A program made the position numbers and the translations under genes. Under the pieces are notes generated by a model. The model was given only the letters and a program-made list of their open reading frames with translations, was not told the DNA's origin and made no database searches. Below, in pieces: positions 19,529 through 30,660 of a DNA stretch of 64,000 nt. The DNA comes from an uncultured virus (IMG/VR IMGVR_UViG_3300031857_015429) (Duplodnaviria > Heunggongvirae > Uroviricota > Caudoviricetes), in the IMG/VR virus record IMGVR_UViG_3300031857_015429, positions 1 to 64,000 of that record; one strand, written 5' to 3'. Each line of letters opens with the position of its first letter. The stretch's first letter is position 1.

Positions 19529-21214
19529 TTAACTTTCCTTTCTTAATTCACGCGAATAATGGTCAAACCTGTTATGTTCAGTTGGTGTCATTAATAATAA
19601 ACCACCACTAATTCTACCTTTCTTAGTCTCTTGGAATATGTGACTCATCCAAGTTTGTTCATATGGGTGTGCCCAAGTTGTTTCTAAAAACATTTTTCTA
19701 TTACCTTCTTTTGAAACTACTTGTGGCCAATTACAGTAATAAACATCACCTGTAACATATGGTACACCTTCATAACTTCTAACACTAGTATATTTCGCCT
19801 TAGGTGCGTTTTCTGAAGTACCTAATTCAGGTAATTTTTGATTGTCAGGCCAATACTCTTCTCTAACAGTTTGTGGTACGTTATACCAACTCCATTGTAC
19901 ACTATTATCACCAAAGAATTCACTAAAATTTAACTTAAGGAAATCAAATTTTTCTTTCTGTATTATTGAAAGGGATTTAATAAATAAATTAGGTGCAAAT
20001 CTATTAAACCCATTTCTACATACCTCACCTTTATTTGGGTAAAAGAACATATCATCCTCAAAAAAATACATATAATCCATACCTGACTTCTCAAAGTGTT
20101 CCGCAACCCATTGTCTTCCACCACATATTCCTAAATTATCTTTTTTTATGTGTTCAAATCCATAATTAGAACATATTTCAGAATATATTGGGGTTGTCGT
20201 AAAATCCGTTGAGTTATCTAAAAGAATTTTACGTGGTTTTTTAATAAAATCTTCATCATATACCAACATAGATTCTATTAAAGTTTTGAGTTGGTTTGGA
20301 CTATTGAACCCAATAACATATAACCCGACACTATCTTTGGATGGTGGTGTAAATGATAATTCGTTTGAAGGTTTGATAACCTCTTGTTTAGAATTTAAAG
20401 TTTCATTTTTTAAATCCTCAAAAAACTTACCTATAAGACCGTTATATTCAATTTCAAAATAAGACACCTTATCTGGATGTTTGTAAGTTATTACTGAAAA
20501 TAAACTTTCTTCAGTCCCCATTAAAGATTTTGATAACGAATCAATTAGTAATTGATAGTATATTCCATTAATCTCAGATATGGATTCCTTTGGCCCCCCA
20601 AAAAATCCACCTCTTGACACTAACTTGACTTCGGTACCTGCATACTTATTTAATTCGGTCAGATTAAACCCATGAATTTCATTCGCACCCTCATATGGAA
20701 ATGATATAAACGAAAATTTATCAACAAATTTATCAACTTTTGACAATACTTTATCATGGGTAAAATACCCAGGATGAACAGTATTAGTAATTCCCGCATC
20801 AATCCAAAACAGATAATCAGAATTAAACTTATCCATAATACGAGCATCGTTTAGTAAAAACACTTTACTCATTACTAAAGGGTTATAGTATTCTAATCTT
20901 GCCTGTGTTGATTCTCTTAACCAACCTACTTGATTTAACCACTCATCACTGGTTCTAATTTTTTGTATTAAATCAAAATAAGTGTTATCTTTAAACCAAT
21001 CTAAATTTCTTATGATAAATTGAGTATTAGAAATAGACCTATGTTCCATGACAAATTTTTGTAGGTTTTCATCCCCAAAAATTATCATGTTTTCCTCAAT
21101 TTTTAGTAGTTCTTTGAGTTTATTAAGGTAGTGTTCCATAGACCTGGCCCAATCATTAGTTAGACTATTTCTACCTATATCCCATAATCCAGTTACAATT
21201 GTTGTTTTATTCAT
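19529..21214 (-). CDS. Two-domain glycosyltransferase-like protein (HtrL/YibB-like N-terminus, GT-A C-terminus)
   Basis: Start re-assigned to ATG 21214 (MNKTTIVTGLWDIGR), overlapping the upstream stop. WIDAGI, GGFFGG, GTEE; second domain LLDNS...YFFEDD. Confidence 0.65.
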   Translation of the reverse strand: MNKTTIVTGLWDIGRNSLTNDWARSMEHYLNKLKELLKIEENMIIFGDENLQKFVMEHRSISNTQFIIRNLDWFKDNTYFDLIQKIRTSDEWLNQVGWLRESTQARLEYYNPLVMSKVFLLNDARIMDKFNSDYLFWIDAGITNTVHPGYFTHDKVLSKVDKFVDKFSFISFPYEGANEIHGFNLTELNKYAGTEVKLVSRGGFFGGPKESISEINGIYYQLLIDSLSKSLMGTEESLFSVITYKHPDKVSYFEIEYNGLIGKFFEDLKNETLNSKQEVIKPSNELSFTPPSKDSVGLYVIGFNSPNQLKTLIESMLVYDEDFIKKPRKILLDNSTDFTTTPIYSEICSNYGFEHIKKDNLGICGGRQWVAEHFEKSGMDYMYFFEDDMFFYPNKGEVCRNGFNRFAPNLFIKSLSIIQKEKFDFLKLNFSEFFGDNSVQWSWYNVPQTVREEYWPDNQKLPELGTSENAPKAKYTSVRSYEGVPYVTGDVYYCNWPQVVSKEGNRKMFLETTWAHPYEQTWMSHIFQETKKGRISGGLLLMTPTEHNRFDHYSRELRKES

Positions 21215-21929
21215 TTTCAAATCTTTGATTATATAATTTATTACCCCAATCAGAAAAATGGGGTAAATGAAATGGTGCAAAATTTCTAACAGGTTTAAAT
21301 GAGTGTGGTATTTGAGATGACCATATCCTATCTAACATATCACCATCTTCACCACCCCAACCAACATATTTTTCATTAAAACCACCTAATTTTATTAATA
21401 AGTTTGTATCACATATATATACCCCACCTAAACCACCTAAATAACCATTAAGAGGTCCATTATTTCTGTTACCTGAATATGCATATGACCAATCGGCCTT
21501 TTCTATTTGAAATTCTCCGTCTATAATATACTCACTAACTCTATCTTCTAATTTAGCCAAATCAAAGGTCACAACATCTCCGTCATTTAAAAATTTAAAT
21601 ATTTCTAAAAATTTGTTATAGTCGTCTTTATGAAAAAACGCATCGCAATCAACCATCATAAAAAAATCATAATTTTTTTGGTCGTTTAAGATTATGTTAG
21701 TCTTTTCCGCCTTTTTATAAACACCTAAAGGGTAAGATATATGTATAGAATCCTCAGTTACTCTATCTACTGAAAAATCATATAAATTACATACCGCATT
21801 TATATCATTATCTTTTAAAAACGATGTAAATTTTTTTATTTCACCCCAAGAAAAATTTACATTTCTAATTCTAGTTGAGTTTGGTTGTCCATCATCCCAA
21901 AACTTCATGTTAATTGATAGAGATTTCAT
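21207..21929 (-). CDS. GT-A glycosyltransferase with GT7 (beta-1,4-galactosyltransferase-like) C-terminal motif
   Basis: DxD (VDCD) and GGFNEKYVGWGGEDGD. Confidence 0.75.
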   Translation of the reverse strand: MKSLSINMKFWDDGQPNSTRIRNVNFSWGEIKKFTSFLKDNDINAVCNLYDFSVDRVTEDSIHISYPLGVYKKAEKTNIILNDQKNYDFFMMVDCDAFFHKDDYNKFLEIFKFLNDGDVVTFDLAKLEDRVSEYIIDGEFQIEKADWSYAYSGNRNNGPLNGYLGGLGGVYICDTNLLIKLGGFNEKYVGWGGEDGDMLDRIWSSQIPHSFKPVRNFAPFHLPHFSDWGNKLYNQRFENE

Positions 21930-22803
21930 TTAGTTCCTCAAATATTTTATAAAAACTTTTTCTAGTTTTTGTGTATTCATGTAAATCAAGTCCAGGGATT
22001 CTATCTTCTTCATGCCACCAAATATCAAAATACTTTGGGTTAAATAACCCATTATGATTATAATACATTAATGACATAATGTTTTCTTCATAATAAAGTT
22101 TATTTTCATTATCCAAAAGTTTGTTTACATATTCTAAAAATAGTTTACAATAATCTCTCATTTTTTCTTTTTTTCCACCAAAAAAACCTCCAATTATATG
22201 TCGTTCCATACAGTGTTCTTTATAGTATTCATATGGTACGGTTCCTGACCAAAAATTATTAACATTTTCTTTGGCACATAAAACTATTTTATCATCCGCA
22301 AAATCAATTAGATTGTTTAGACACTCATTATTGAATAAAGTTGATTCATAATTTTGTTCCCAATATCCAATATTGTTCATGTGTTTTGGGGGAAACAATC
22401 CGCTATGTGACAACCCAGCATCAAACCAATATACGTTATCGTAATTACCAATTTCTAGTTCATCCAATGACCATATAAATTTACAATACTGCACCTCAAC
22501 ACAACGGTCAGATTGTTTAGTCTCATTAACATTTTTAATTTTATTTATTTTTTCAGTTAGACTAAAATTTTTTAAATCAAACGTTTTGATAATTAATCTA
22601 TCTTCACTAATTTTGTTTTGTACATAGAAAAACTCTTTTAAACTTTCAAGTTCGTCTTCTGAAGTGTAACAAACAAAATCAGCGTCAGTCATTTTTAAAA
22701 TAGTTCTTAGTGAATATCTATAATGACCTCCTCTACTAGGTCTCCCACCTAATTCTGTTCCGTGTAAATTAGAATAAATGGCTGTTACTATTTTAGTACT
22801 CAT
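21910..22803 (-). CDS. HtrL/YibB-like putative glycosyltransferase
   Basis: KIVTAIY, YWFDAGL, IIGGFFGG, YEENIMS; paralogous to the N-terminal domain of 19529..21214. Confidence 0.6.
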   Translation of the reverse strand: MSTKIVTAIYSNLHGTELGGRPSRGGHYRYSLRTILKMTDADFVCYTSEDELESLKEFFYVQNKISEDRLIIKTFDLKNFSLTEKINKIKNVNETKQSDRCVEVQYCKFIWSLDELEIGNYDNVYWFDAGLSHSGLFPPKHMNNIGYWEQNYESTLFNNECLNNLIDFADDKIVLCAKENVNNFWSGTVPYEYYKEHCMERHIIGGFFGGKKEKMRDYCKLFLEYVNKLLDNENKLYYEENIMSLMYYNHNGLFNPKYFDIWWHEEDRIPGLDLHEYTKTRKSFYKIFEELNEISIN

Positions 22804-23731
22804 ATTTTTTTATCGTTTCTTTTATTTTTTCCCAAAGGTTAAAATTTGGGTCCTTAAAAAAATTAGATTTTAATTTTAAAATATCATTTTTTTTTGAATT
22901 ATAAATAAAATCGTAATCATTAATTATGGATTCTACCACATTTGTAATTTCATCATTATTTAAGTCACTAATATTAATATAACAATTGTCGGGTATGTAT
23001 TCATTAATGTTAACACAACCTAAATAAATTGGAACTCCGTCTGTTAATATAACGTCCCAAAATTTTTCACTTATATAATTTTTTTGTATTGAGTTTTCAC
23101 AAGATACTGAAAAGTTGTAATCATCAACCCCTACATGTTTATTCCACGCCTCACCTTTTATGTTTTTACCATTTGACTCCCAATACGTCCCAAATATATC
23201 AATATTTTCATTATCTGATAACTTTATACCTAAGTCAGTTCTTTGTATATAGTTAATTTTAGAAGTTATGGGATTTGATAGGTGATTGTAATGTGTTGAA
23301 TAATCTTTCCTCACAACCATTGAGATAGGTTTTGTTTTATTAAAGTTCTTATATAGAATATTCTTTGACCAATCCCATTCTTCTCTGTGGTCAATATCTC
23401 CTCTACCACCGTAGAACATTGGTAATAATGTCTCAATGTACTCACCTCTATTAGGGTATTCTCGTTTATCGGCAATAAAAATTTTAGAACAAAATTCATG
23501 TATACCATCTTTGGGTTCATTAGGTGACCATAATGGTTCTTGAGAGAAATAAAAAGTTTTTTCTTTAGGAGTTTCTATATTTTCCCAATCGGTTCTACCA
23601 AACACCACCGTATAATCAGGATTATTAGTGACAAATTCAAATTCATCTTGGTCAAATACAAATTGTTTAATAAATCGGTTGTTTAATGAATTAGTATCTG
23701 TCCACCAACACTCTAGTTTAATTTTAATCAT
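22793..23731 (-). CDS. GT10 alpha-1,3/4-fucosyltransferase-like protein
   Basis: YNFSVSCENSIQKNYISEKFWD...GVPIYLG matches the alpha-1,3-FucT motif; SQEP in the N-terminal domain. Confidence 0.85.
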   Translation of the reverse strand: MIKIKLECWWTDTNSLNNRFIKQFVFDQDEFEFVTNNPDYTVVFGRTDWENIETPKEKTFYFSQEPLWSPNEPKDGIHEFCSKIFIADKREYPNRGEYIETLLPMFYGGRGDIDHREEWDWSKNILYKNFNKTKPISMVVRKDYSTHYNHLSNPITSKINYIQRTDLGIKLSDNENIDIFGTYWESNGKNIKGEAWNKHVGVDDYNFSVSCENSIQKNYISEKFWDVILTDGVPIYLGCVNINEYIPDNCYINISDLNNDEITNVVESIINDYDFIYNSKKNDILKLKSNFFKDPNFNLWEKIKETIKKYEY

Positions 23732-23734
23732 ACT

Positions 23735-24487
23735 TTAAAGTTTATCTTTATTTTCTTTAAAGAATTTTTCATACGGATATTGTTTTAAATCCTCAATATT
23801 TTTTTTCATATGTTGACCAAATAGTCCTGTAATACCTTCAGATACTGGAACATATTTACAAGGGTCATCAACAAAACAAAAATGTCGGTTAAATTGAGAG
23901 TATTTTCCTACCCCAGGTTTTATATTTTCATCTCTAATATCTATCACCAAATTATTAAATCCGTGAACCCAAGCTTCTTGTATCCATTGATTATACGTCT
24001 CAATATATCTATAAAAAATATCACCATCTTCTTCACCAAAACCCAATAACCTCTCATCAAAATAACCTATTTCATCTAAACAATCTTTATGTATTAAAAA
24101 ATGCGAGAAAGAACCGTTAATTCTTCGTAAATCAGGTTTGTCCCCTAAACCAGGTATTGTAAGTTTAAATACCTCATCGTTGTCTAATTCAACATCATCG
24201 TTTAATACTAAACACCAATCTTGTTTACTGTGAACCACCAAAGTATTCCACAACTTAGATAAACCTCTTTGTTCTGGAAAAAATATTGGGAACACGTTAT
24301 CAAATTTTAAACATAATTCTAAAATTTGTTTTCGGTAATCATTGTTAAAATCTTGTTTATAATCACCATTGACCGCAATTAATATATCGCAGTTAGTTAA
24401 TTCCCTAACTTGGGTCACTAATTTTTCCACATACGAATACCTTCTTGAGAAGGTAGTTATACAAACTGAATAGTTAATATCTTCCAT
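23735..24487 (-). CDS. GT2-like glycosyltransferase
   Basis: SVCITTF, GLSKLWN, LNDD, IGYFDERLLGFGEEDGD. Confidence 0.75.
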   Translation of the reverse strand: MEDINYSVCITTFSRRYSYVEKLVTQVRELTNCDILIAVNGDYKQDFNNDYRKQILELCLKFDNVFPIFFPEQRGLSKLWNTLVVHSKQDWCLVLNDDVELDNDEVFKLTIPGLGDKPDLRRINGSFSHFLIHKDCLDEIGYFDERLLGFGEEDGDIFYRYIETYNQWIQEAWVHGFNNLVIDIRDENIKPGVGKYSQFNRHFCFVDDPCKYVPVSEGITGLFGQHMKKNIEDLKQYPYEKFFKENKDKL

Positions 24488-24491
24488 TAAA

Positions 24492-25739
24492 TTATAAATT
24501 TCCTGTTAATCGGTCACACCATCCTTTAGACTTGGAATACGGCCAAACAACCCAATAAGATGGTTTATGTGTTGTTTGAAACTGCCTCCACACTTTACAA
24601 TAACCATCAGGGTCATTTTTCATTCTTTGGATTTCTCCTGGGTCGGCATCTTGTCTATAGATAGTTTCATCATTTTCATCGTGGAAGGCAACCACCCAAA
24701 AATCATAATCATCTTCAGGTACACTATCATAACCAATATCAATACAATGTTTGAATATTGTTGCAAAACTACTCAACCACTCTTCTTCAGTTTCATAAAT
24801 GTGTGGGTTAGGTGGATATTGTTTATCTAAAGTATATTGTTGCACTGCTCTTCTTGAAAACAAAAGTCCTGAATATATTTCATAATCTCTTAAAGTTCTT
24901 TCGGTTCCAAAACCATAGTTTCCGAAATCAATGGTTACCTCTTCACCATCCATAGCAAATAATTGTCTGTTTTTTGCGTGAGACACATTATTTTTAGTAC
25001 CCCAATCTTTATCATCATCCCATTGTTTTACACGACCTTTTCTTGTATACTCGTGCCAAATAACTACTTTATGAGGGTGAAACAAATCATATCCGTGAGT
25101 ATATGCTCTTGCCGCTATTGAAATCTCTTCTCCGTGAAAATAAAACTCAGGGTCGTGTTGTACCTCTTCACTAAACTTACCTAATGTAAACGCAAAATGA
25201 GCGGAATAAAATCTTGCAGGGATTGGTTCCTTTAATTTATCCCAGCCAGGTATTGTCTCAGGTAAGAAAAATACCGCACCTTCAGGTATAAATCTATCAA
25301 ACACCATTCGCCAAGGTTCTCTTATTCTTTCCGCGGGGTCATTCTCAGGATTAAATGATGAAACATATCCCGTTAGTAAAGGTTTTTCGAACCCTTTCTT
25401 TTGAAGTTGTTTAACCATCTTAATTAGAGTGTCGTCCCAATCCTTTTCAAATCTCATATGGGAATCTATCTGAAGAGTGTATTCTTCACCACCATATAAT
25501 TGTTGGACTTGATTTCTCGCCCAACAAACACCTTTAGATTCTGAATATAAAACATCAACAACTCTAAATCGTTTATCTTTTGAATATTCCTCCAAAGAAT
25601 CAAAACCATCTTCAGGGTGATATTGTCTACAAATACCAATAACCAAGTTTTTTGGTCGTTTAGCATTTTCAATCATACTTTTAATTGTAGGGATAAGTTG
25701 GGGGTCTCTATATGAGGCAATCTGAACAAATATTTTCAT
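24492..25739 (-). CDS. GT60-like polypeptide alpha-GlcNAc transferase (Gnt1/TcOGNT-like)
   Basis: IFVQIASYRDPQL, SKGVCWAR, LQIDSHMRF (DxH), FHGEEI, THGYDLFHP, GFGTERTLRDYE. Confidence 0.85.
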   Translation of the reverse strand: MKIFVQIASYRDPQLIPTIKSMIENAKRPKNLVIGICRQYHPEDGFDSLEEYSKDKRFRVVDVLYSESKGVCWARNQVQQLYGGEEYTLQIDSHMRFEKDWDDTLIKMVKQLQKKGFEKPLLTGYVSSFNPENDPAERIREPWRMVFDRFIPEGAVFFLPETIPGWDKLKEPIPARFYSAHFAFTLGKFSEEVQHDPEFYFHGEEISIAARAYTHGYDLFHPHKVVIWHEYTRKGRVKQWDDDKDWGTKNNVSHAKNRQLFAMDGEEVTIDFGNYGFGTERTLRDYEIYSGLLFSRRAVQQYTLDKQYPPNPHIYETEEEWLSSFATIFKHCIDIGYDSVPEDDYDFWVVAFHDENDETIYRQDADPGEIQRMKNDPDGYCKVWRQFQTTHKPSYWVVWPYSKSKGWCDRLTGNL

Positions 25740-25800
25740 AGTTAACTTTTTATGAAAAAAATAACCTTACAAATTAAAAAATAAATATAATTTCACTTAT

Positions 25801-27228
25801 TTAAGCACATCCCCCTACACTTGAAACTGACATAAAATCAGAAGGTGAATTAATGTTATCCCAATTAGGATATGACGGGGAGAATGAACAACAATACGGG
25901 TAGAATAATCCCCCATTATTTAATGTATCTAAAGTAATACCACCACCTAATAAAGTTGACCAAATCCATAAAGATGTGCCAATATCAAACCAAACAAAAC
26001 CATAAGTTAAAGTGTAGTAAGGTTTAGAGTTATAGTATCCTGTTTGATAAATTGTGTCAGAATCACCTAAAAATGTTGAGTAAGTATACTGGAAACAAAC
26101 CACTAATAATGGTGTTGATGTAACAGTGTTAGTCGGCGTATTAGTAGGTGTTGGGGTATTAGTTGGCGTCTCGGTTGGTGTTGGTGTTGGTGTTGGGCAA
26201 GTAATACAAGATTCACAATCACCGTAGCTTGTTCCATCCCAAATTATATTAGCACTTGCTGGTGTTGTTACTAATAAAGTATAACAATTACCATTAGTTG
26301 CTTTTACAATATCACCTGACGTTAAATATGAAGGTACGCTGATGACTTTACCCTCCATAGTACAACAATCTAATGCGACTCTTTTAACAAAAATAACACT
26401 ATTAGTTGGTGTAGGTGTTGGTGTTGACGTTACAGTTGGGGTGTTAGTAGGTGTTGGTGTAGATGTAGGACATAAAACATCAGGGTGAGATATATCACAA
26501 AAATAACAATCGGGTTGGGAACCTATTAATGAACATACGTATATATTTGTTGATGTCGTTGTTGGTATATATGTTGCGCATCCTTGAAACCCTGAACTAA
26601 CAATATAATAAACTCCCGATAATGGATAATGATAATATGGTATATTACTAACTTTAAATTCTATATTTGAGTCGCAACAGCTAACAAATGAACCGATTAT
26701 ACCTGGTATAGTCGGTGTTGGTGTTTGAGTTGCGGTCGGTGTTGGTGTTGGTTGTGGACATACGTTCCCAACACAATAAGACCCAATAGTTACCTCAACT
26801 CCTGAGTCATAAACAGGGTTTGAACCACATACATATATGATAGTTAAAGGGTTAATTGTAAAACTAACCACTCCATTATCACAATTAGTATAACTAAACC
26901 CTAATGTACTCAAGGTTGGGTTTGTAAACGTTAAACAAACACAATTAGCATTTGTTGGTGTTATTGTTGGTGTTATAGTCAGTGTTGGGGTTGGAGTTGG
27001 TGTCGGCGGACATTCCACAAATTGGATTTCTTCACATCCTAACGAATCAACTATTTTCACAATTACACTTTGGGAACCATACAATTCTATTGGTAAATTA
27101 ACATACAATGTTGGGGGGATTGAAACTACTCCAGTGTCTGCAGTATAACAATACGTATATGTTATATCACATATAATAATATCATAAGGTGAAGTTCCTG
27201 TAACACTTGTGATTTCAATAATTTGCAT
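25801..27228 (-). CDS. Cys-rich modular protein with Thr/Pro linkers (probable virion decoration)
   Basis: Small Cys-containing domains separated by PTPTPTPT tracts. Confidence 0.65.
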   Translation of the reverse strand: MQIIEITSVTGTSPYDIIICDITYTYCYTADTGVVSIPPTLYVNLPIELYGSQSVIVKIVDSLGCEEIQFVECPPTPTPTPTLTITPTITPTNANCVCLTFTNPTLSTLGFSYTNCDNGVVSFTINPLTIIYVCGSNPVYDSGVEVTIGSYCVGNVCPQPTPTPTATQTPTPTIPGIIGSFVSCCDSNIEFKVSNIPYYHYPLSGVYYIVSSGFQGCATYIPTTTSTNIYVCSLIGSQPDCYFCDISHPDVLCPTSTPTPTNTPTVTSTPTPTPTNSVIFVKRVALDCCTMEGKVISVPSYLTSGDIVKATNGNCYTLLVTTPASANIIWDGTSYGDCESCITCPTPTPTPTETPTNTPTPTNTPTNTVTSTPLLVVCFQYTYSTFLGDSDTIYQTGYYNSKPYYTLTYGFVWFDIGTSLWIWSTLLGGGITLDTLNNGGLFYPYCCSFSPSYPNWDNINSPSDFMSVSSVGGCA

Positions 27229-27275
27229 AGTCCTATTAGATAAATATAGTAGTCATAATTTTATGGTATAGACTA

Positions 27276-28607
27276 TTATAAACTAAACTGTAATTTAATT
27301 CCTCCCGAACCGTCTTGTAGTGTTATAGGACTACCATCTTGTAATAATAATAAGCTAGCGACTTGTGTTGGAGTTACTGTCATTGTTGGGGTAACACTAG
27401 GTGTTGGTGTATTAGTAGGTGTTTCAGTCGGGGTTGGTGTTATTGACGAGCTAGGTGTATTAGTAGGTGTTTCTGTTGGTGTTGGTGTAGGAGTATTAGT
27501 TGGTGTTTCAGTTGGTGTAGGTGTTATTGACGAGCTAGGTGTATTAGTAGGGGTTTCGGTAGGAGTGTTAGTAGGAGTATTAGTTGGTGTTTCAGTTGGT
27601 GTAGGTGTTATTGACGAGCTAGGTGTATTAGTAGGGGTTTCGGTAGGAGTATTAGTTGGGGTTTCAGTTGGTGTTTCAGTTGGTGTAGGTGTTATTGACG
27701 AGCTAGGTGTATTAGTAGGGGTTTCGGTAGGAGTGTTAGTAGGAGTATTAGTTGGTGTTTCAGTCGGGGTTGGCGTGTTTGTCGGAGTTTCTGTTGGTGT
27801 ACTAGTAGGAGTTTCAGTAGGTGTATTAGTAGGGGTTTCTGTCGGTGTATTGGTAGGGGTATTAGTTGGTGTTTCAGTAGGAGTATTGGTAGGGGTTTCG
27901 GTAGGAGTATTAGTTGGCGTTTCAGTTGGTGTATTAGTTGGAGTATTGGTAGGGGTTTCGGTAGGAGTATTAGTTGGCGTTTCAGTTGGCGTTTCAGTTG
28001 GTGTTTCAGTAGGAGTATTAGTTGGCGTTTCAGTTGGTGTATTAGTTGGTGTATTGGTAGGGGTTTCGGTAGGAGTATTAGTTGGCGTTTCAGTTGGCGT
28101 TTCAGTTGGTGTTTCAGTAGGAGTGGGTGTTAGAGTTTCTGTAGGAGTATTGGTTGGAGTTTCTGTAGGGGTATTGGTCGGCGTTTCTGTAGGGGTGTTA
28201 GTAGGAGTGTTAGTTGGCGTTTCAGTTGGTGTGCTAGTCGGAGTTTCAGTAGGTGTACTAGTAGGTGTTTCGGTGGGCGTATTAGTTGGTGTTTCAGTTG
28301 GTGTATTGGTAGGAGTATTAGTCGGAGTTTCTGTTGGAGTATTAGTTGGGGTTTCAGTAGGAGTATTGGTAGGGGTTTCAGTAGGAGTATTGGTAGGTGT
28401 GGGTGTTGGTGGAATTATTGTTGACGAACAAGTTTTATTGTAAAAAGAAAAATAGATATCATATGTTCCATATGGATAGTCAGTAAAATAAGTATACGGT
28501 ATAGTTTGAAGACCTATATTTATAGTCCCACCAGTTAAAGGATAAAAAGTAATATCCCCAACCTGTCCGTTGTAATTAACACTTGATATGATTATTGAAA
28601 ATGACAT
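27276..28607 (-). CDS. Mucin-like protein: about 65-aa N-terminal module, about 350-aa TPTE/TPTN tract, short C-terminal motif
   Basis: Translation is dominated by TPTETPTN repeats; ends in [17 protein letters not shown]. Confidence 0.75.
   Translation of the reverse strand: MSFSIIISSVNYNGQVGDITFYPLTGGTINIGLQTIPYTYFTDYPYGTYDIYFSFYNKTCSSTIIPPTPTPTNTPTETPTNTPTETPTNTPTETPTNTPTNTPTETPTNTPTETPTSTPTETPTSTPTETPTNTPTNTPTETPTNTPTETPTNTPTETLTPTPTETPTETPTETPTNTPTETPTNTPTNTPTETPTNTPTETPTETPTETPTNTPTETPTNTPTNTPTETPTNTPTETPTNTPTETPTNTPTNTPTETPTNTPTETPTSTPTETPTNTPTPTETPTNTPTNTPTETPTNTPSSSITPTPTETPTETPTNTPTETPTNTPSSSITPTPTETPTNTPTNTPTETPTNTPSSSITPTPTETPTNTPTPTPTETPTNTPSSSITPTPTETPTNTPTPSVTPTMTVTPTQVASLLLLQDGSPITLQDGSGGIKLQFSL
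27365..28410 (-). repeat. Degenerate 12-bp tandem coding repeat (Thr-Pro-Thr-Glu/Asn)
   Basis: Plus strand shows gtttcagttggt / gtattagtagga units with variable third codon positions; several gttattgacgagctaggtg (PSSSIT) units. Confidence 0.9.
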
Positions 28608-28611
28608 ATTA

Positions 28612-30432
28612 TTATAAACCGTATTTTGTTTTATCTACATTAAAGTTTTGTAACACTTGAGAGGACGATAAAGCAGTGTTATATATTCTCACTATTGAAA
28701 CTGTTCCCTTGAAAAATATCTCACCTGTCCCATCGGTTTTAAGTCTACACGAAATACCAACCGAACTTGTATTACTTACTTGTCCTATACCCACTAAACT
28801 GGCGGTGCCTCCCGATACACCATTTCTATAAAGTGTGAAGACATCTGTTGTGAAGTTGAAAACCCCCACGACTTGTGCCCACGTATTTGTTGGGAATCCT
28901 GTTAAGTTTATATTTCTAAAAGTAGTACCATCATAAACTGCCGCGGTTACCGTACCAGTATTTTCGGCGTATCTAAAAACATATGGATACCTCAATTGAT
29001 TAGTCTGATTCCATTTCTCTAATATTTCGGCTTCAGCAGTATTTGCTTGACCCGACGATGGGTTAAACCAAATTTCAACAGTATACTCACTGGTATTTGT
29101 AAAGTTCGTTACACCATCAACACTTGGTATTCTACCATATTGAGTAGTTCCATTAAATGTAAACCCACTTAATATATTATAAGTTGGACTACCCGATAAA
29201 ATCGCATCTGTAGTCCCAACAGTTGTATCCCAAACAGTTCCTGAGCCAATATAACTACTTGGTGATAATTGTAGTTGTAAGTTTGATGTTACGATACTAG
29301 GTGTTGCCGATGGTGTTGAGGTTTTTGTTGTAGTTGGTGTGTTAGTTGGGGTAACTGTTGGTGTTGGTGTGGGTAATATATATTTAGCACTATCATAATT
29401 ATAGTTTTGTAACACTTGAGCCCCCGATAAACCAATGTTGTAAATTTGAACCGCACCTAATCTATAAGAACAAGCGGAAGTTGTTGTTGTCAAATCCGTA
29501 GTGGATGGGTATCCGAAATTGAAATACATCGGTAAACTAGGCCCTAAATTGTATGGTGTGTCTCTCGAATAGGTTGATATTCCAACCATTGTTCCGTTTA
29601 CATACGCAGTAAGTGTGGTCCCATTATATGTCCAACCAACATAATACCAATTATTCAGAGAGTGAGTAATGGATGATGTTATTGGTGCAGGACCATTGAT
29701 AGTGTATGGCCAAACTCCGAATAAAAATCTATCACTAGAATCCCTTTGAATTTGAACATCGAACCAACCAAAGTCAGGTGAAAGAGAGCCTTGTTCAGAA
29801 TAAATTATACCATTAGATGTTGGGTAAATCCAAAGGAAAGTAGATTGAGCCGTTCCTGTATTTACAGGTGATAAGTATGGGTTAATATTTGATGTGTATA
29901 TATACTCAGATACTCCACCATCAATAGTTAGATATTTCGGAGAATCGTTTGTGTATGAAATAACACCTGTCATTGTCCCATTTATATTACCTTGTAAGTC
30001 AGTTATTATTGACCCACTACCACTATAAGAACTTGTGTTTTGAATATCCCAATTCATTATCAATCCTGATGATACTATAGAGTTAGTTGGTGTTTGAGTA
30101 TTTGTTGGGGTAGAAGTAGGAGTTGGAGTTTCAGTAGGTGTGTTGGTTGGTGTTTCTGTAGGAGTATTTGTAGGAGTTTCTGTAGGAGTATTTGTAGGAG
30201 TTTCAGTTGGTGTATTAGTTGGGGTTGGTGTTGGAGGTGCTATTGAAACTGAACAAGTTATATCATATGATGAAACATAAATATCATACACCCCATATGG
30301 GTAATCTGTGAAATAAACATACGGTATTGTTTGTGGTCCGATGTTTATCGTACCACCAGTAAGTGGGTAAAAAGTGATATCCCCAACTTGTCCGTTGTAA
30401 TTAATACTTGCTATGGTTATTGATAATGACAT
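28612..30432 (-). CDS. Thr/Pro-linker protein with two LamG/concanavalin-A-like domains
   Basis: [19 protein letters not shown]...[17 protein letters not shown] and WAQVVGVF...LYRNG...[17 protein letters not shown]. Confidence 0.8.
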   Translation of the reverse strand: MSLSITIASINYNGQVGDITFYPLTGGTINIGPQTIPYVYFTDYPYGVYDIYVSSYDITCSVSIAPPTPTPTNTPTETPTNTPTETPTNTPTETPTNTPTETPTPTSTPTNTQTPTNSIVSSGLIMNWDIQNTSSYSGSGSIITDLQGNINGTMTGVISYTNDSPKYLTIDGGVSEYIYTSNINPYLSPVNTGTAQSTFLWIYPTSNGIIYSEQGSLSPDFGWFDVQIQRDSSDRFLFGVWPYTINGPAPITSSITHSLNNWYYVGWTYNGTTLTAYVNGTMVGISTYSRDTPYNLGPSLPMYFNFGYPSTTDLTTTTSACSYRLGAVQIYNIGLSGAQVLQNYNYDSAKYILPTPTPTVTPTNTPTTTKTSTPSATPSIVTSNLQLQLSPSSYIGSGTVWDTTVGTTDAILSGSPTYNILSGFTFNGTTQYGRIPSVDGVTNFTNTSEYTVEIWFNPSSGQANTAEAEILEKWNQTNQLRYPYVFRYAENTGTVTAAVYDGTTFRNINLTGFPTNTWAQVVGVFNFTTDVFTLYRNGVSGGTASLVGIGQVSNTSSVGISCRLKTDGTGEIFFKGTVSIVRIYNTALSSSQVLQNFNVDKTKYGL

Positions 30433-30659
30433 TATAAAGGGTTAGTTATTTTAATATTTAATTCTGAAGGTTCACCTAATACATTTTTTAATGTATCACC
30501 ATAAACTATGTAATAAAAATCATCCGTCTCATAATACTCGTATTCACACCAACTTTTAGATAAACAACCTTCTTTAGGGTATCCATAAAATTGGTCACAT
30601 AATTTAGTGGCTTCTTTAGCCTCATTTTCAGTTGTATATTTATAACCTAATACTATCAT
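30432..30659 (-). CDS. Small hypothetical protein (possible fibre chaperone)
   Basis: 75-aa ORF coupled to both neighbouring genes. Confidence 0.55.
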   Translation of the reverse strand: MIVLGYKYTTENEAKEATKLCDQFYGYPKEGCLSKSWCEYEYYETDDFYYIVYGDTLKNVLGEPSELNIKITNPL

Positions 30660-30660
30660 A

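Noticed and set aside
21215..21280. N-terminal extension MHHFIYP... of the 583-aa ORF
   Set aside because: Lies inside the upstream gene; ATG 21214 overlapping the upstream stop is the more plausible start.
27365..28410. Tandem repeats as a possible CRISPR array or DGR template/variable region
   Set aside because: Units are in-frame 12-bp coding repeats without unique spacers, and no cas or reverse transcriptase gene is present in the window.
27565..28443. 292-aa plus-strand ORF of VGVS/VGVL repeats
   Set aside because: Antisense shadow of the TPT repeat; the repeat simply lacks stop codons on the other strand.
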